The translations under genes and the position numbers were made by a program. DNA of 64,000 bases from an uncultured virus (IMG/VR IMGVR_UViG_3300025916_000011) (Duplodnaviria; Heunggongvirae; Uroviricota; Caudoviricetes): the IMG/VR virus record IMGVR_UViG_3300025916_000011. One strand, 5' to 3'. The notes below the pieces were generated by a model. That model was not told the origin of the DNA. It was given only the letters and a program-made list of their open reading frames with translations, and did no database searches. Below, piece by piece: positions 28,527 through 38,393 of the stretch. The number at the start of each line of letters is the position of its first letter. Position 1 is the stretch's first letter.

Positions 28527-31013
28527 GTGGCAAGCCAGTCCCTAGCGCTTCAGGACGATTCGGCTCTCGCCAATCAGCCCGACCAGGATGTGGCCGGGAA
28601 AGGCCCAGAGCCATCTTCCGACGCCCCTGTAACGGCCTCGCCTCAAGAGATCAAGGCGAACTTCGGGCTGACGCCGACCCTCGAAAAGCGCCTCCTGCAA
28701 GTCTGGAGGCTCTACAAAGAGGATTGGAGCATTGCCAGACGTCAGGCTCTACGGGAAACCTTACGGCACATCGAATACAAGAAGGGGCACCAGTACATCA
28801 GTTGGGATCCCTTCGCCATGGCCTACAACATCGGTCAGGCGGCATTCTCCCTTCCGGGGCAGGGTAACGAACAGGGAAAGAACGATTACTCCAGACTTCA
28901 GTGCTTCAACATCATAGGCTGGCTGACGCGGAACTGGATTTCAACCTTTCCAGTTCCGGGTATCGAATGGTGGCCCGGGGATTCAGAATCGGACCTCGAC
29001 AGCCGCGCAGCCCAAGCCAGAAACCGTGCCTATCAGAAGATCGAGTACGACAACAAGAGCAAGGAATTCTTAGAGCAGTGTCTAAACTCCCTCTTTCTGA
29101 CCGGCTCTTACTTCCGCTACATCCGATGGTCAATGGACCGCTCGATTACGGGCGTGAAGTACGAACCGAAGATCGCGCTGCAGCCAAAGACGATCGCGCC
29201 CGACCGCTACACCTGCCCGAACTGCGGCACGGACAACCCCGCGAATCAGTTGACGGAGCAGATGCGGGGAACGATGTGTATGAACTGCGGGCAGCGCTTG
29301 ACCTCGGCGCATTTCTACCCCGCGACAACGATTCAAGCACCGACGATCGTAGGGCAGGAAGAAGTTCCACGCGGCCAAGTTCTCTGGGATGTTTACAACC
29401 TCTTGAACGTTGAAGTGATGCCCCAAGCCAATACCAGCGGTGGAGGAGTGATCGCGAACACTCCCTTGCTTGACCTCCAACTGGATTGGACGAAGGGTGC
29501 TCTCCGCAGGGCTTACCCCGGAGCGTGGGACTTACTGAAAGAGAACGTCAACGATACCAGCACGCCAGACGGAGAACTGTCGCGCATCGCGCGCGCGAGG
29601 ACACGCACCCCAGGCCCGCTGCAAAGCTCTTACGTTTCGCCCCAAGTTCCGGCAACTCACCTGATCTGGTTCACGCCAGACTCAATCGCGGCGCTCGACA
29701 AGAAAAACGAGTCGGACGAACTGATGTCGATTGTCACCAATGATGGCCGGGAAGCCGGCTGCAAGGCCTTAGTCCTCGGGGAAACCATCATCGACATTGG
29801 TTATGCGGACGTAAAGAAAAGTTGGACGTGGTGCGGTGCGGCAAAAGACTTGGGTGCGAATCCCCCGGCGCCAGTTTCCGTGGCGATGCCGTTTCAGGAC
29901 TCGATTAACGACCGGATTAACTCCAATGAAGAATTCTTCGACCGTGCTGGTCAGCCGCCCATCCTGTTCTCCAGAACGATGATTGGGGAAGGATTGAATG
30001 GCAAATTCCTTCCCGCTGGTTCCCTAGTCGGATTGGACGACAATGCCGAAGTCGGGCTCGATCTAAAGAAGGCTTTCTTTCAGCCAGAATTTCATCAGGC
30101 CGAAGGCCAACGCGAATGGATTGACGCACAGTTGCTTAAATGCCAGTTGCTCTGCGGCATCCCTCCGCAAACTTGGGGCGGGTCCGATCCGAACGTCAAG
30201 ACCAAGGGCGGGCAGGAACAAGCGCTCAAAACCGCCAAGAATACGCAGCAGCAGTATTGGAACCAGATCAGGGGCGAGTGGGCGGAAGCCGCGAACCTCT
30301 CTGTCGATTGCTTTGCGGACAATGCGCAGGATGATGAGTACCGCGTAGCCAAAGGAGACGACGCCCCAGACTTCCAGAACGAACCGATTCGCCTGGCCGA
30401 CCTCGCCGGGGAAGCCGATGCCCGTCCTTTGGCACAGGAAGATTACCCCATTGACTACGACCAGCAGCGGGCCATCTTCCAGCAGTTACTTGGGATGGAA
30501 AGCGGCCGTGAGCCCAATCCTCTTGTCGAGGAGATGCTCAACACCTACGAGAACCGGAGAATCGCCCTACGGTATCTCGCGCCGGCTGACATGCAGTTGC
30601 CGGAGACGGCGGCGCACAACAAAGTTCTCGCAGACATTCAGCAGTTGCTTCAGAGCGGGCCAATCCCGGTAGACGTGCCAGCAACCGGACCCGATGGCAT
30701 GCCAGCGATTGATCCCACAGGGATGCCAGCGATGAAGCAGATTATGAAGCCCACGGTTGAGCCAAGCCAACGCTTCGACAGTTTGGATGAAGTAACGATT
30801 CCCACGGTCATGCGCTACGCTGTGCTGCATTACAAAGAGTTGGCCCAGAACCAGCCGGGGATGCAGAACCTTGAAGCGTACTTCGATTTGGCTGTGCAGT
30901 ATGCCGCACAACGCAAAGCTTCGCAAGCGCTGCTCAGTTCGAACGCTCTGGGATGGCAGGGGAAATTGGGCGCTCCGGCGAAACCTGGCGGAGATGCGGG
31001 GCCAGTCCAGTGA
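28527..31013 (+). CDS. Portal protein with zinc-ribbon insertion
   Basis: 828 aa; position before scaffold and capsid; PGDSESDLDSRAAQA, MPFQDSINDRIN, CGIPPQTWG..KTKGG features of P22-like portals. Confidence 0.8.
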   Translation: MASQSLALQDDSALANQPDQDVAGKGPEPSSDAPVTASPQEIKANFGLTPTLEKRLLQVWRLYKEDWSIARRQALRETLRHIEYKKGHQYISWDPFAMAYNIGQAAFSLPGQGNEQGKNDYSRLQCFNIIGWLTRNWISTFPVPGIEWWPGDSESDLDSRAAQARNRAYQKIEYDNKSKEFLEQCLNSLFLTGSYFRYIRWSMDRSITGVKYEPKIALQPKTIAPDRYTCPNCGTDNPANQLTEQMRGTMCMNCGQRLTSAHFYPATTIQAPTIVGQEEVPRGQVLWDVYNLLNVEVMPQANTSGGGVIANTPLLDLQLDWTKGALRRAYPGAWDLLKENVNDTSTPDGELSRIARARTRTPGPLQSSYVSPQVPATHLIWFTPDSIAALDKKNESDELMSIVTNDGREAGCKALVLGETIIDIGYADVKKSWTWCGAAKDLGANPPAPVSVAMPFQDSINDRINSNEEFFDRAGQPPILFSRTMIGEGLNGKFLPAGSLVGLDDNAEVGLDLKKAFFQPEFHQAEGQREWIDAQLLKCQLLCGIPPQTWGGSDPNVKTKGGQEQALKTAKNTQQQYWNQIRGEWAEAANLSVDCFADNAQDDEYRVAKGDDAPDFQNEPIRLADLAGEADARPLAQEDYPIDYDQQRAIFQQLLGMESGREPNPLVEEMLNTYENRRIALRYLAPADMQLPETAAHNKVLADIQQLLQSGPIPVDVPATGPDGMPAIDPTGMPAMKQIMKPTVEPSQRFDSLDEVTIPTVMRYAVLHYKELAQNQPGMQNLEAYFDLAVQYAAQRKASQALLSSNALGWQGKLGAPAKPGGDAGPVQ

Positions 31014-31180
31014 GTCAGAACACAAAAGCACTCCGTTCCCGCGAGTTCACCGAGTTTCTGACCGAAAGCATCAACGTCCTGATCGAGCAGATTGAACGGC
31101 AAACCAGCCTTCATCTGTGTCACCTGTTGTCGAAGCAATGGCGCGAAGAGTGGGAACGTAGAAAACTCCTGACCGCCTAA
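31010..31180 (+). CDS. Small hypothetical protein
   Basis: GTGA overlap with the portal stop. Confidence 0.55.
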   Translation: MSQNTKALRSREFTEFLTESINVLIEQIERQTSLHLCHLLSKQWREEWERRKLLTA

Positions 31181-31248
31181 AACCCCTTTGAAATTTCGCA
31201 CCACAATCAACGCCCTGTACTTAGGGCGCGAGGAAAGGTCTACCCCAA

Positions 31249-32907
31249 ATGGCAGATGAAACCGTAGTAGCGGGAGCAAGCAGTCCCGAATCCACCAGCG
31301 CCGCATCTAGCGCTACCGCAGTTGTCGACGCGCCTGTAGTTGAAACCCCTGCAGTCGCAGAACCGGAAATCTCCGACCCACGACAGTACCTTCGCGACGA
31401 ACTCTCGAAAGTCGTTCTGCCTGGCAGGGAAGCAACACCAGAACAGAAAGCCGCACAAGACAAGGCCGCAACCGACAAAGCAGCCGCCGATAAAGTCGCT
31501 GCTGACAAAACTGCCGCTGACGCGAAAGCCGCAGAAGATCAGAAAACCGAGGAACAGAAGGCTACTGAAAAAGCCGCAGCCGATGCCAAGGCAGCAGAAG
31601 TCAAAGCGGACCCCCTCGACAAACTTGGTCCTCTGCCGGCTGAGAAGTTGGCCGAAGCACTCAAGACAACGCCGGAACTAGCGGCCGCACTCGAAAAGGC
31701 TGGACTCGATACAGACGTGGTGTACGACACCTGTAGGAAGGCCGCAGAAGCCGAATTATTCCACGAGGCAGGCGTAGCCACCCCAGAGCAAGCCGCGCTC
31801 GCTGTGGAGCACGCAGGGCACTACTACGACATTGAAGAGGGCTTCCCTGAAGCGGGGAACAGCCTCGACAAGTTCAGCGACTTCATGACGAACACGATGC
31901 TGAAGATGTCACTCGTGCTCGACGCGAACGGCCAGCCTATCCCTGACCCAAAGAACCCAGGGGCGTTCCTCACGGACGGATCCGTACCGAAGTTCATGGG
32001 GCGAGTCGTGGAGTACGAGAACCAGATACTCAGCGGAAAGACATGCGCAGGGCAGATTCAATCCGCGCTGCAAATGGCTGATGGGAAAGACGACGAAGGG
32101 CGCCCAACCTTCCCCGACACTCCCGCGGGAGAGCAGGCGAAGCAGTACTACGAGTACTTCTCCATGCTCCAAGCGGGCGTGGATATGGTCGAAGAATTCC
32201 GCAAGAACGGTTACAAGATGCCGACCGGCCAGAAGCCCGCGGAACTCTCCCCAGAGCACAAAGCCGAAATAGATCGGTATCGCGCACGAGATGAGGAAGT
32301 TACTAAGGCCCAAGTCGAAACGCGCCAAGCGCAGGAAAAAATCTTTACCGACCAGCAGGCAGCGGACACGCTTAGAGTCGCCGCTCCATTTGTGGAAAAA
32401 CATCTGAATGAATCCAGCTTGGCGCAGAATCCGGAACTTCTCAAGCAAGCAGGTGCGGAAATCTGGGCTGCTCTTGGAAAGAAGATGGACGGATTCCGCA
32501 CCTACCAGTGGCAAAAGAATGCGCTCTATGCGCGAGCCTTTGATGCGAAAGCCACAGAAGAAATCAAGAAAGACAGTTTCGAAAAGTTGGTCACGCTCAA
32601 CGCAACGACCATGAAAAAGTTTCTGGACGGGACGAACGGAATTCTCGCCCAGGTTTTTAAGAAGTATGGCGGCCGTCAAATGTCGGCCCAGGAAGCAAGG
32701 AAGCAGAAAACCGACGCACAAATCGCAGCAGACCGCTCCTCCGGCGCAAAGGCAGGTGGTGGAACCAACGCCAAGGCCATTCCCACTGGAGACGAACTCG
32801 ACAAAAAAGTCATGGCTTTGGCAAAGACCTATCACACAGGAAGCGGGGAACCGACTCCCGCTGAAATCTTCCGAGCCGAGTTCGCGATCAAGACGGGTGC
32901 CGCTTAA
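31249..32907 (+). CDS. Capsid scaffolding protein
   Basis: Acidic, Ala/Lys/Glu-rich helical protein with DKAA repeats between portal and capsid. Confidence 0.75.
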   Translation: MADETVVAGASSPESTSAASSATAVVDAPVVETPAVAEPEISDPRQYLRDELSKVVLPGREATPEQKAAQDKAATDKAAADKVAADKTAADAKAAEDQKTEEQKATEKAAADAKAAEVKADPLDKLGPLPAEKLAEALKTTPELAAALEKAGLDTDVVYDTCRKAAEAELFHEAGVATPEQAALAVEHAGHYYDIEEGFPEAGNSLDKFSDFMTNTMLKMSLVLDANGQPIPDPKNPGAFLTDGSVPKFMGRVVEYENQILSGKTCAGQIQSALQMADGKDDEGRPTFPDTPAGEQAKQYYEYFSMLQAGVDMVEEFRKNGYKMPTGQKPAELSPEHKAEIDRYRARDEEVTKAQVETRQAQEKIFTDQQAADTLRVAAPFVEKHLNESSLAQNPELLKQAGAEIWAALGKKMDGFRTYQWQKNALYARAFDAKATEEIKKDSFEKLVTLNATTMKKFLDGTNGILAQVFKKYGGRQMSAQEARKQKTDAQIAADRSSGAKAGGGTNAKAIPTGDELDKKVMALAKTYHTGSGEPTPAEIFRAEFAIKTGAA

Positions 32908-33009
32908 CGGTGCGCAGCAGTCAGCAGGATTCACTCAAGCAGGGCGTGAGTCCACTAACGAAACGAGCCTTCCGCTAGACCGCGGAAGGTTCTCAACGAG
33001 GCCCGCACA

Positions 33010-34290
33010 ATGTCGAACACTCTTGATGTAGCTCAGACAGCCAACCTCTACCTTGAGGCTGTGTCTGACCGGATTCCGAAGCTTGTAATCACGTCGCGAA
33101 AACTCGCGTCGAAGTTCACCAATACGAGGGCGACACGGGTCTCCAACCGTCTTTTCCGTATCGTGTCGCAGATCGCATTGGCCGGCGGCGACTCTCGCTA
33201 TGTTGACCTGAACGGTGGTGCGCTCCCGATGGGCAGCCCCTCAGCCTGGATCGCAGGCGGCGTAACTCCGACCGCGACCAGCGTAGCAACCAGCTGGACT
33301 CAGTTGGTGGCAATGATCGGCCAGAAGGTGGCCGACGTCGCCGTGCAGAATGTCGTCTCGGACGCTCTCGGCAACTTGACCGAGATGCTCCGCAACTGGA
33401 TTGACATCGGCCTCCACACCGATGGACAGGGCACACTGGCAACCATCCAGAGCGCTCCTGCGAACAACACCGTGACGCTGAACCCGACTCCGTTCGGGGC
33501 GCGCAACATTGAAATCGGGCAAACCCCGGACATCGTGAACGCAGCCACAGGCGTAACCCGCGGCCAGATCACGATCGCCAACAAGACTGCCTACATCGGC
33601 AGCGCGCAGACCTTCACCTACAACACCTCGAACATGGCATCCGGTGCCCAAGCCAATGACATCGTTCGCTACGGTGGGTTGACGGACGGCGTGCCGAAAT
33701 GGATCAACGGTCTGAAGTATCTGGTCAGTTACTCCACCGTTGGAGAACTGCATGGTATCCCGCGCTCCACGCCCCAGGTTGTCGCCAACGGCTTCGACAT
33801 GGGCAACTCGGCTATCACCCGTTCCGCAGTGGAACTGCTCTTGGCCCAGCGGCGTGCGCGCATCTCCGAAGAGTACCTCGGCGAATTCTTCTGGTATGGG
33901 CACGACACCACGAAGAACTCTCTGAAGGAAATCGGCTACGACTTGACGGTCATTACGATGGCGGACGGAAAAGGCAAAGGCTTTGATCCGTTCTTCAACA
34001 ACAACGACATCAAGATCGAAGGTAAGGAATTCGGAATTGGCGAGCACGCCAGCCAGACCGATCTCTACCTGATCACGCCGGATTGCTTCGGATGGGTCAA
34101 GTTCGGTGAGCCTTTCTATCCCACGGTGAACGGCAGCCGCGTCTGGAATACGTACAACCAGGCGGGCACCGCGAACCTGCAGATGGTCAGCGCTTACATT
34201 GACCCGCGGCAGGCCTATTTGGATAACGCCCCAGCCCAAGGAATCATCAGCGGATTGGGTTCGCCCGCTGGTTTTATCTCTGGACAATAG
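33010..34290 (+). CDS. Major capsid protein
   Basis: 426 aa; follows scaffold; HTDGQGTLA, INGLKYLV...HGIPRST, DNAPAQGIISGL end; strong terminator downstream. Confidence 0.85.
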   Translation: MSNTLDVAQTANLYLEAVSDRIPKLVITSRKLASKFTNTRATRVSNRLFRIVSQIALAGGDSRYVDLNGGALPMGSPSAWIAGGVTPTATSVATSWTQLVAMIGQKVADVAVQNVVSDALGNLTEMLRNWIDIGLHTDGQGTLATIQSAPANNTVTLNPTPFGARNIEIGQTPDIVNAATGVTRGQITIANKTAYIGSAQTFTYNTSNMASGAQANDIVRYGGLTDGVPKWINGLKYLVSYSTVGELHGIPRSTPQVVANGFDMGNSAITRSAVELLLAQRRARISEEYLGEFFWYGHDTTKNSLKEIGYDLTVITMADGKGKGFDPFFNNNDIKIEGKEFGIGEHASQTDLYLITPDCFGWVKFGEPFYPTVNGSRVWNTYNQAGTANLQMVSAYIDPRQAYLDNAPAQGIISGLGSPAGFISGQ

Positions 34291-34299
34291 CTTTACGAG

Positions 34300-34331
34300 A
34301 AGGGATCAGCGAGAGCTGGTCCCTTGTTTTT
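34300..34331 (+). terminator. Rho-independent terminator after the capsid gene
   Basis: AAGGGATCAGC-GAGA-GCTGGTCCCTT then GTTTTT. Confidence 0.85.
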
Positions 34332-35052
34332 ATGGAATGTGTTTCCACGAACGGCGCGATATTACGTTGCAAATCATTACGATGCTAACGCCGTACATCG
34401 CAGCCAGTTCTTTGGTGGGGAGTTTGCTTGACCGAATATTTACAACGTCGTTAGCTTTAAGCTTTCCTCCTCCTCCATTGGATTCTCCGCGCCTGATTGC
34501 GAGTTCTGGATGTTGAACACGAGTCTCCATCGGCATCGGTACTTCCTTCCAATGACTACCGCGCAATACACGGTGGATTGTTCTGCGACTCACGCCGAAC
34601 TTTTGAGCGAGAGTTCTTTGCGAAGAGAATGCCGATTCCTGTCTGATCTGAAACACCATATCTTCCGTCAGCTTGGCACACGCTTGCGCCTCGCCTTTCG
34701 GCTGATTTCCTCGACCTCGGTCCTCGCGATCCTGAGCGTTCTGGGCATCTGTTCCGGGAACGATGTGCAGGGGGTTGTAGCAGTTCTTTGTAACTACCTT
34801 GCAAATGTGCATCCCAAGCGGCTCTGGCCAACTGCCGTATGTCAAGAAGTAGGCCAAGCGATAAGTTTTCGCACTCGTCTTAGCGTTTGGAAAATCTGGG
34901 GACGGTGCCCATGCGACGATTCCGTAGCCGTCGCCATTGACGGCAAACGGCCAGCGCAAACACTCGTCGCGCTTCGGTCCTGCAAGGTGTTCTTGAATTG
35001 TGCGCTTCAGGTATTCGAAGCGGGTTTCTTTGATATGCTTAGGACGGCCCAT
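34330..35052 (-). CDS. Free-standing HNH homing endonuclease with two tandem C-terminal HTH domains
   Basis: CLRW...DGYG...HIC...CYNPLHI..GT..QNAQD; two KL...IR...LA..[FY]GVS...I......WK repeats. Confidence 0.88.
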   Translation of the reverse strand: MGRPKHIKETRFEYLKRTIQEHLAGPKRDECLRWPFAVNGDGYGIVAWAPSPDFPNAKTSAKTYRLAYFLTYGSWPEPLGMHICKVVTKNCYNPLHIVPGTDAQNAQDREDRGRGNQPKGEAQACAKLTEDMVFQIRQESAFSSQRTLAQKFGVSRRTIHRVLRGSHWKEVPMPMETRVQHPELAIRRGESNGGGGKLKANDVVNIRSSKLPTKELAAMYGVSIVMICNVISRRSWKHIP

Positions 35053-35083
35053 AGAGTTCTCCTGGAACTTTGTGGTGCTACTA

Positions 35084-35119
35084 GGCCTCAGCCGCTGTTA
35101 ACGCAGCGCTGGGGCTTTT
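35084..35119. terminator. GC-rich hairpin with T-tract upstream of the HNH gene
   Basis: GGCCTCAGCCGCTG-TTAACG-CAGCGCTGGGGCT then TTT. Confidence 0.55.
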
Positions 35120-35148
35120 CTATTGTACCTCAGACCGTAGCCTCCTAA

Positions 35149-35307
35149 ATGCAATTATTGTTCACGTTCCCGCAGCAAAGTAAAGAGCGGGTAGATGCCT
35201 TGGTGCGCAGATTAAGCGCGCTCGATCAGGATCAGCAGAAAGTTCTGCTTCAAGACACTCTGGATTTCATGCTGCAGCGCATGGATGAAAGTGCGAAAGC
35301 GAAATGA
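35149..35307 (+). CDS. 52-aa hypothetical protein; absent from the ORF track
   Basis: MQLLFTFPQQSKERVDALVRRLSALDQDQQK...; ATGA-coupled to 35304. Confidence 0.6.
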   Translation: MQLLFTFPQQSKERVDALVRRLSALDQDQQKVLLQDTLDFMLQRMDESAKAK

Positions 35308-36155
35308 AAACCCCTACCTTCAAGCGTGACGACGTACTCCCCGCAGGAGAAGCGCCGAAATCCACCAAGAAATTCCTCGCGCAGTTGGGTGGCCTGAACA
35401 TCTATGGCGAACCGAACTTACGCATTGTCTTAGCTGACTCGATCATGCAGTACCGCGGTGGCCTCTGGCACGACTGGGCACCGGGAACCGACCTGAAAAA
35501 TCAGGGCGGGATGGTCTTCAGCGAAGAAACCGAAGTGAAACGAGTTGTCATGCCCGGGGCAATGGGCAAGCAGTTAGTCGTTGATGTCGAGATGCCGCGT
35601 GAGATGCAGATCAGCGAGCAGAAGCCGATCCGCGTCGTGCGCGAGCTGCGATGGATTCAGCGCTATCCCGACATGACCGGATGGATGCTTCAGCAGTGGG
35701 AACCAGCCTCTCGTTACGCTCCTCGCGAATGGTGGGAAGCGCAGCGCGTGCCCGGCGCGGAAGACTTAGCCATCCTCGGACCCTTCCCTGATCAAGGCCG
35801 CTATGAGCCGTTCGTCGAATGGCTCGACATGATGAACCCAAGCCTTCCCTTGAAACGCCAGACGTGGCCGGAGATTCCCCCGGTCGCGCGACTCGAGGAA
35901 GCTTACTACAAGACATTGCGCTCGGCAGAGAAAGCGCAGTCCGCGAATCCTGACTGGCGCCGGATGACGACGCTAATCGAGTGGCGCGAACAGCAAGCTG
36001 CGCAGGACCGGCGCGAGAAGGAAGAACAGACGGCGCAATTCAGAGATGCGCTCAAGCCCTACCTCGGGAACTCTCTCGAAGCCGGGCGCGCGCGCGAAGA
36101 AGTAGCAAACAGACTCCGGGCGAAAGGCTTGGAGCTTGGGCATTGCGGGAACTAA
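35304..36155 (+). CDS. Hypothetical morphogenesis-region protein
   Basis: 283-aa ORF in the late operon. Confidence 0.75.
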   Translation: MKTPTFKRDDVLPAGEAPKSTKKFLAQLGGLNIYGEPNLRIVLADSIMQYRGGLWHDWAPGTDLKNQGGMVFSEETEVKRVVMPGAMGKQLVVDVEMPREMQISEQKPIRVVRELRWIQRYPDMTGWMLQQWEPASRYAPREWWEAQRVPGAEDLAILGPFPDQGRYEPFVEWLDMMNPSLPLKRQTWPEIPPVARLEEAYYKTLRSAEKAQSANPDWRRMTTLIEWREQQAAQDRREKEEQTAQFRDALKPYLGNSLEAGRAREEVANRLRAKGLELGHCGN

Positions 36156-36198
36156 GCAGGTCCGCCTGAACTAAAGGGCAGCCTGAAGGAGAAATACC

Positions 36199-37176
36199 GT
36201 GGCAGAACATTTTGCAGGCAACGCGATTCCGGGGGAAAAAGGCACCTTCACGCCTCCGATTCTCACAGCCGACCAAAAACACCGACTCGAACGCTACAAC
36301 CGGATGGTCACTCAGGCCAACACCATCGGCTATAAGCCGTGGAGCGTCATTAACATCGCTCCGTTCACCGTTAACCCTCCGAATATCAAATTGTTCGGCT
36401 TGCAGATTCCCTCTGTGCCGATCTCAGAGGAACTCTGGAACGGCGCTCCCAAAATAGAACTGCGCAGCGGGATCAGTCTCCCGTTTACTCAGTGGGTCTG
36501 CACGACGCCGCAGCATGATGTCTGCCAGCAGGTCCACGGCATGACGGACGAAGAATTCACGGCGACGACAGACAATCTGACTTGGTTCCCGGAGCAAATC
36601 ACCGCCGACATCGTGCTCTGCAACAACCAGCAGGAGATGCGCGGCGGAGTGTGGCGCTACGAAGGCGCGCACGAGCCACTCTCAGATAGCAAGACGCGGG
36701 AGAAAGAACTCGATCTCCTGCAAGAAGCCTACGACAACCTCCTGAAGTACTGCGAGAAACAATTCATCTTCGCAGATCAGGCCATGGGGTCGATGAATGA
36801 CAACCTGCGCAAACAGGTAAGGCCTCTCCATCGCTGGTGCACCTGGTATCTGCTGCGCGTGAATTCGTTGAAAGAGCCGCCGAAGTGGTTGTCAGAGATC
36901 CGCACGGCGAATCAAGCGGCGCCAGTCTACTGCGAGAAGTGCGGGATCAAGCAGGAAAATCCACGAGCCCCGGTCTGTTCCGAGTGCGCTTATATCCGCC
37001 ATCCCTACGAAGCGCTCACCGCCGGCATCGTCGACCTTGAGACTCCGGGTGCGAAAGCGGCATTACGACGCTGCTCGAAAAAGCAGTTGCAAGACCTCGG
37101 ACTGTATCCAGCTATCAAGCCGCTCGGGGAATATCTGCGGGAGATTGGCAAACAACTCAAGGAAGAAAAGGAATAG
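36199..37176 (+). CDS. Hypothetical protein with C-terminal zinc ribbon
   Basis: AAGGAG SD; CEKCG...VCSEC. Confidence 0.75.
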   Translation: MAEHFAGNAIPGEKGTFTPPILTADQKHRLERYNRMVTQANTIGYKPWSVINIAPFTVNPPNIKLFGLQIPSVPISEELWNGAPKIELRSGISLPFTQWVCTTPQHDVCQQVHGMTDEEFTATTDNLTWFPEQITADIVLCNNQQEMRGGVWRYEGAHEPLSDSKTREKELDLLQEAYDNLLKYCEKQFIFADQAMGSMNDNLRKQVRPLHRWCTWYLLRVNSLKEPPKWLSEIRTANQAAPVYCEKCGIKQENPRAPVCSECAYIRHPYEALTAGIVDLETPGAKAALRRCSKKQLQDLGLYPAIKPLGEYLREIGKQLKEEKE

Positions 37177-37178
37177 CT

Positions 37179-37925
37179 TTGGGCGTACAACTCATCATCA
37201 CCCGTGTTCAGGTCATCGCGAAAGACATGGGCGCGAAGTGGCTCACGCCTGACGCCATCTGCGCGAATCTAGCGATCTGCAACGATGACCTGGAGATGGA
37301 ATTACAGAACCTCGGGCTAAACTTCGACACCGTAGAAGTGATTCTCCCGAACATTCCAGCCAACACCACCAACCTGAATAGCTTTCAGGCTGATGGGCAA
37401 GTTCTGTTCCCCATGGTGCTCTGCAAAACGATCGAGTGGAGATTAGCGGGACGGACGCAAGAGGACTGGGAGCAAGTTGAGCAGGTGGACAAGGTTGTAG
37501 ATACCGACACCGGAACAGGGGAAACGGGAGCGACCGTCGCTTCTGCCGATCCTACGGTGGAGAGTTGGGAGTGGAGAGGCGGAAACGTCTACCTCAGCCC
37601 ATGTCAACTGTCGGTTGACTTGCGCGTTCGCTTCCAAGGATTGCCGACGTTCCTGAATGCCGACTCACCGAATCAGCCTTTCCGTGGATTGGTAAATATC
37701 TTGGCCTATTGGGTGGCGCAGTTCATGGAAGAAAGCCGCAACGCGGGAGTGACGAAGCTCTCGCAACTGTTTGAAAAGCGGCTGATCAAGGCCAAGGCAA
37801 ACTTCCGCTCCTCGCAAGTGCAGAACCTTCAAGGCATGGCGAATCGGCTGGGCGGACGTCGCAGTTCGATACCCGGAGGCTTTCCGGGCGGAAGCGGAAA
37901 TTTCACCCCTCCAATCGTGAATTAA
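37179..37925 (+). CDS. Head-to-tail adaptor (P22 gp4/tail tubular A-like)
   Basis: Size, position, VYLSP..VDLRVRF...ILAYWVA pattern. Confidence 0.65.
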   Translation: MGVQLIITRVQVIAKDMGAKWLTPDAICANLAICNDDLEMELQNLGLNFDTVEVILPNIPANTTNLNSFQADGQVLFPMVLCKTIEWRLAGRTQEDWEQVEQVDKVVDTDTGTGETGATVASADPTVESWEWRGGNVYLSPCQLSVDLRVRFQGLPTFLNADSPNQPFRGLVNILAYWVAQFMEESRNAGVTKLSQLFEKRLIKAKANFRSSQVQNLQGMANRLGGRRSSIPGGFPGGSGNFTPPIVN

Positions 37926-37957
37926 CCAATTTTTGCAGTCCCAAGGAGAACCCAACT

Positions 37958-38380
37958 ATGGCAAACGTGCTTACCTTCATCGGTCGGAAGTTGAATATGC
38001 CGACCACGGTTACCAAACGCTTTTCCTGCTTACTGAGCGGAAACTACGCCCAGGGACTAGCCATTGGCGTACCGGGCGAGACGCTTAGTTTCAACACAGC
38101 GAAAAACCCAAACTTTGCAGCCCGCACGAAACTTCCATCGAGTCCTGGCGGAGTATTGCCGGCGACCACCGACTTTGAAGTCGTGACTTGTCCGAATGGG
38201 TATTCGGCCCAAGTCGAGAAAAATGCGGTTGCTCCCACGCCGAACAACTACGTCCTGCGCATCTTTGCGGCTGGTTCGGGCAACGCTGCCCCCGTCGAAC
38301 TCGGGGCGGGTGCCTACCCCGCTGCCCTAACCGGCGCTCCCATCGTCATCGAAGTCTCGATGCCGGCGAAGTACAACTAA
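37958..38380 (+). CDS. Small virion protein (decoration-like)
   Basis: AAGGAG SD; VELGAGAYPAALT motif. Confidence 0.65.
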   Translation: MANVLTFIGRKLNMPTTVTKRFSCLLSGNYAQGLAIGVPGETLSFNTAKNPNFAARTKLPSSPGGVLPATTDFEVVTCPNGYSAQVEKNAVAPTPNNYVLRIFAAGSGNAAPVELGAGAYPAALTGAPIVIEVSMPAKYN

Positions 38381-38393
38381 GGGAGTATAGGCC

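Noticed and set aside
32908..33009. Hammerhead ribozyme before the capsid gene
   Set aside because: GAAAC is present but the CUGANGA core is missing
31909..34287. Long minus-strand ORFs (341 aa, 348 aa) and similar antisense ORFs elsewhere
   Set aside because: They mirror well-supported plus-strand genes, lack motifs and SD, and are expected from codon bias
34330..35052. Group I intron-encoded endonuclease
   Set aside because: The flanking genes are intact, the HNH is antisense and intergenic, and no intron core was recognised
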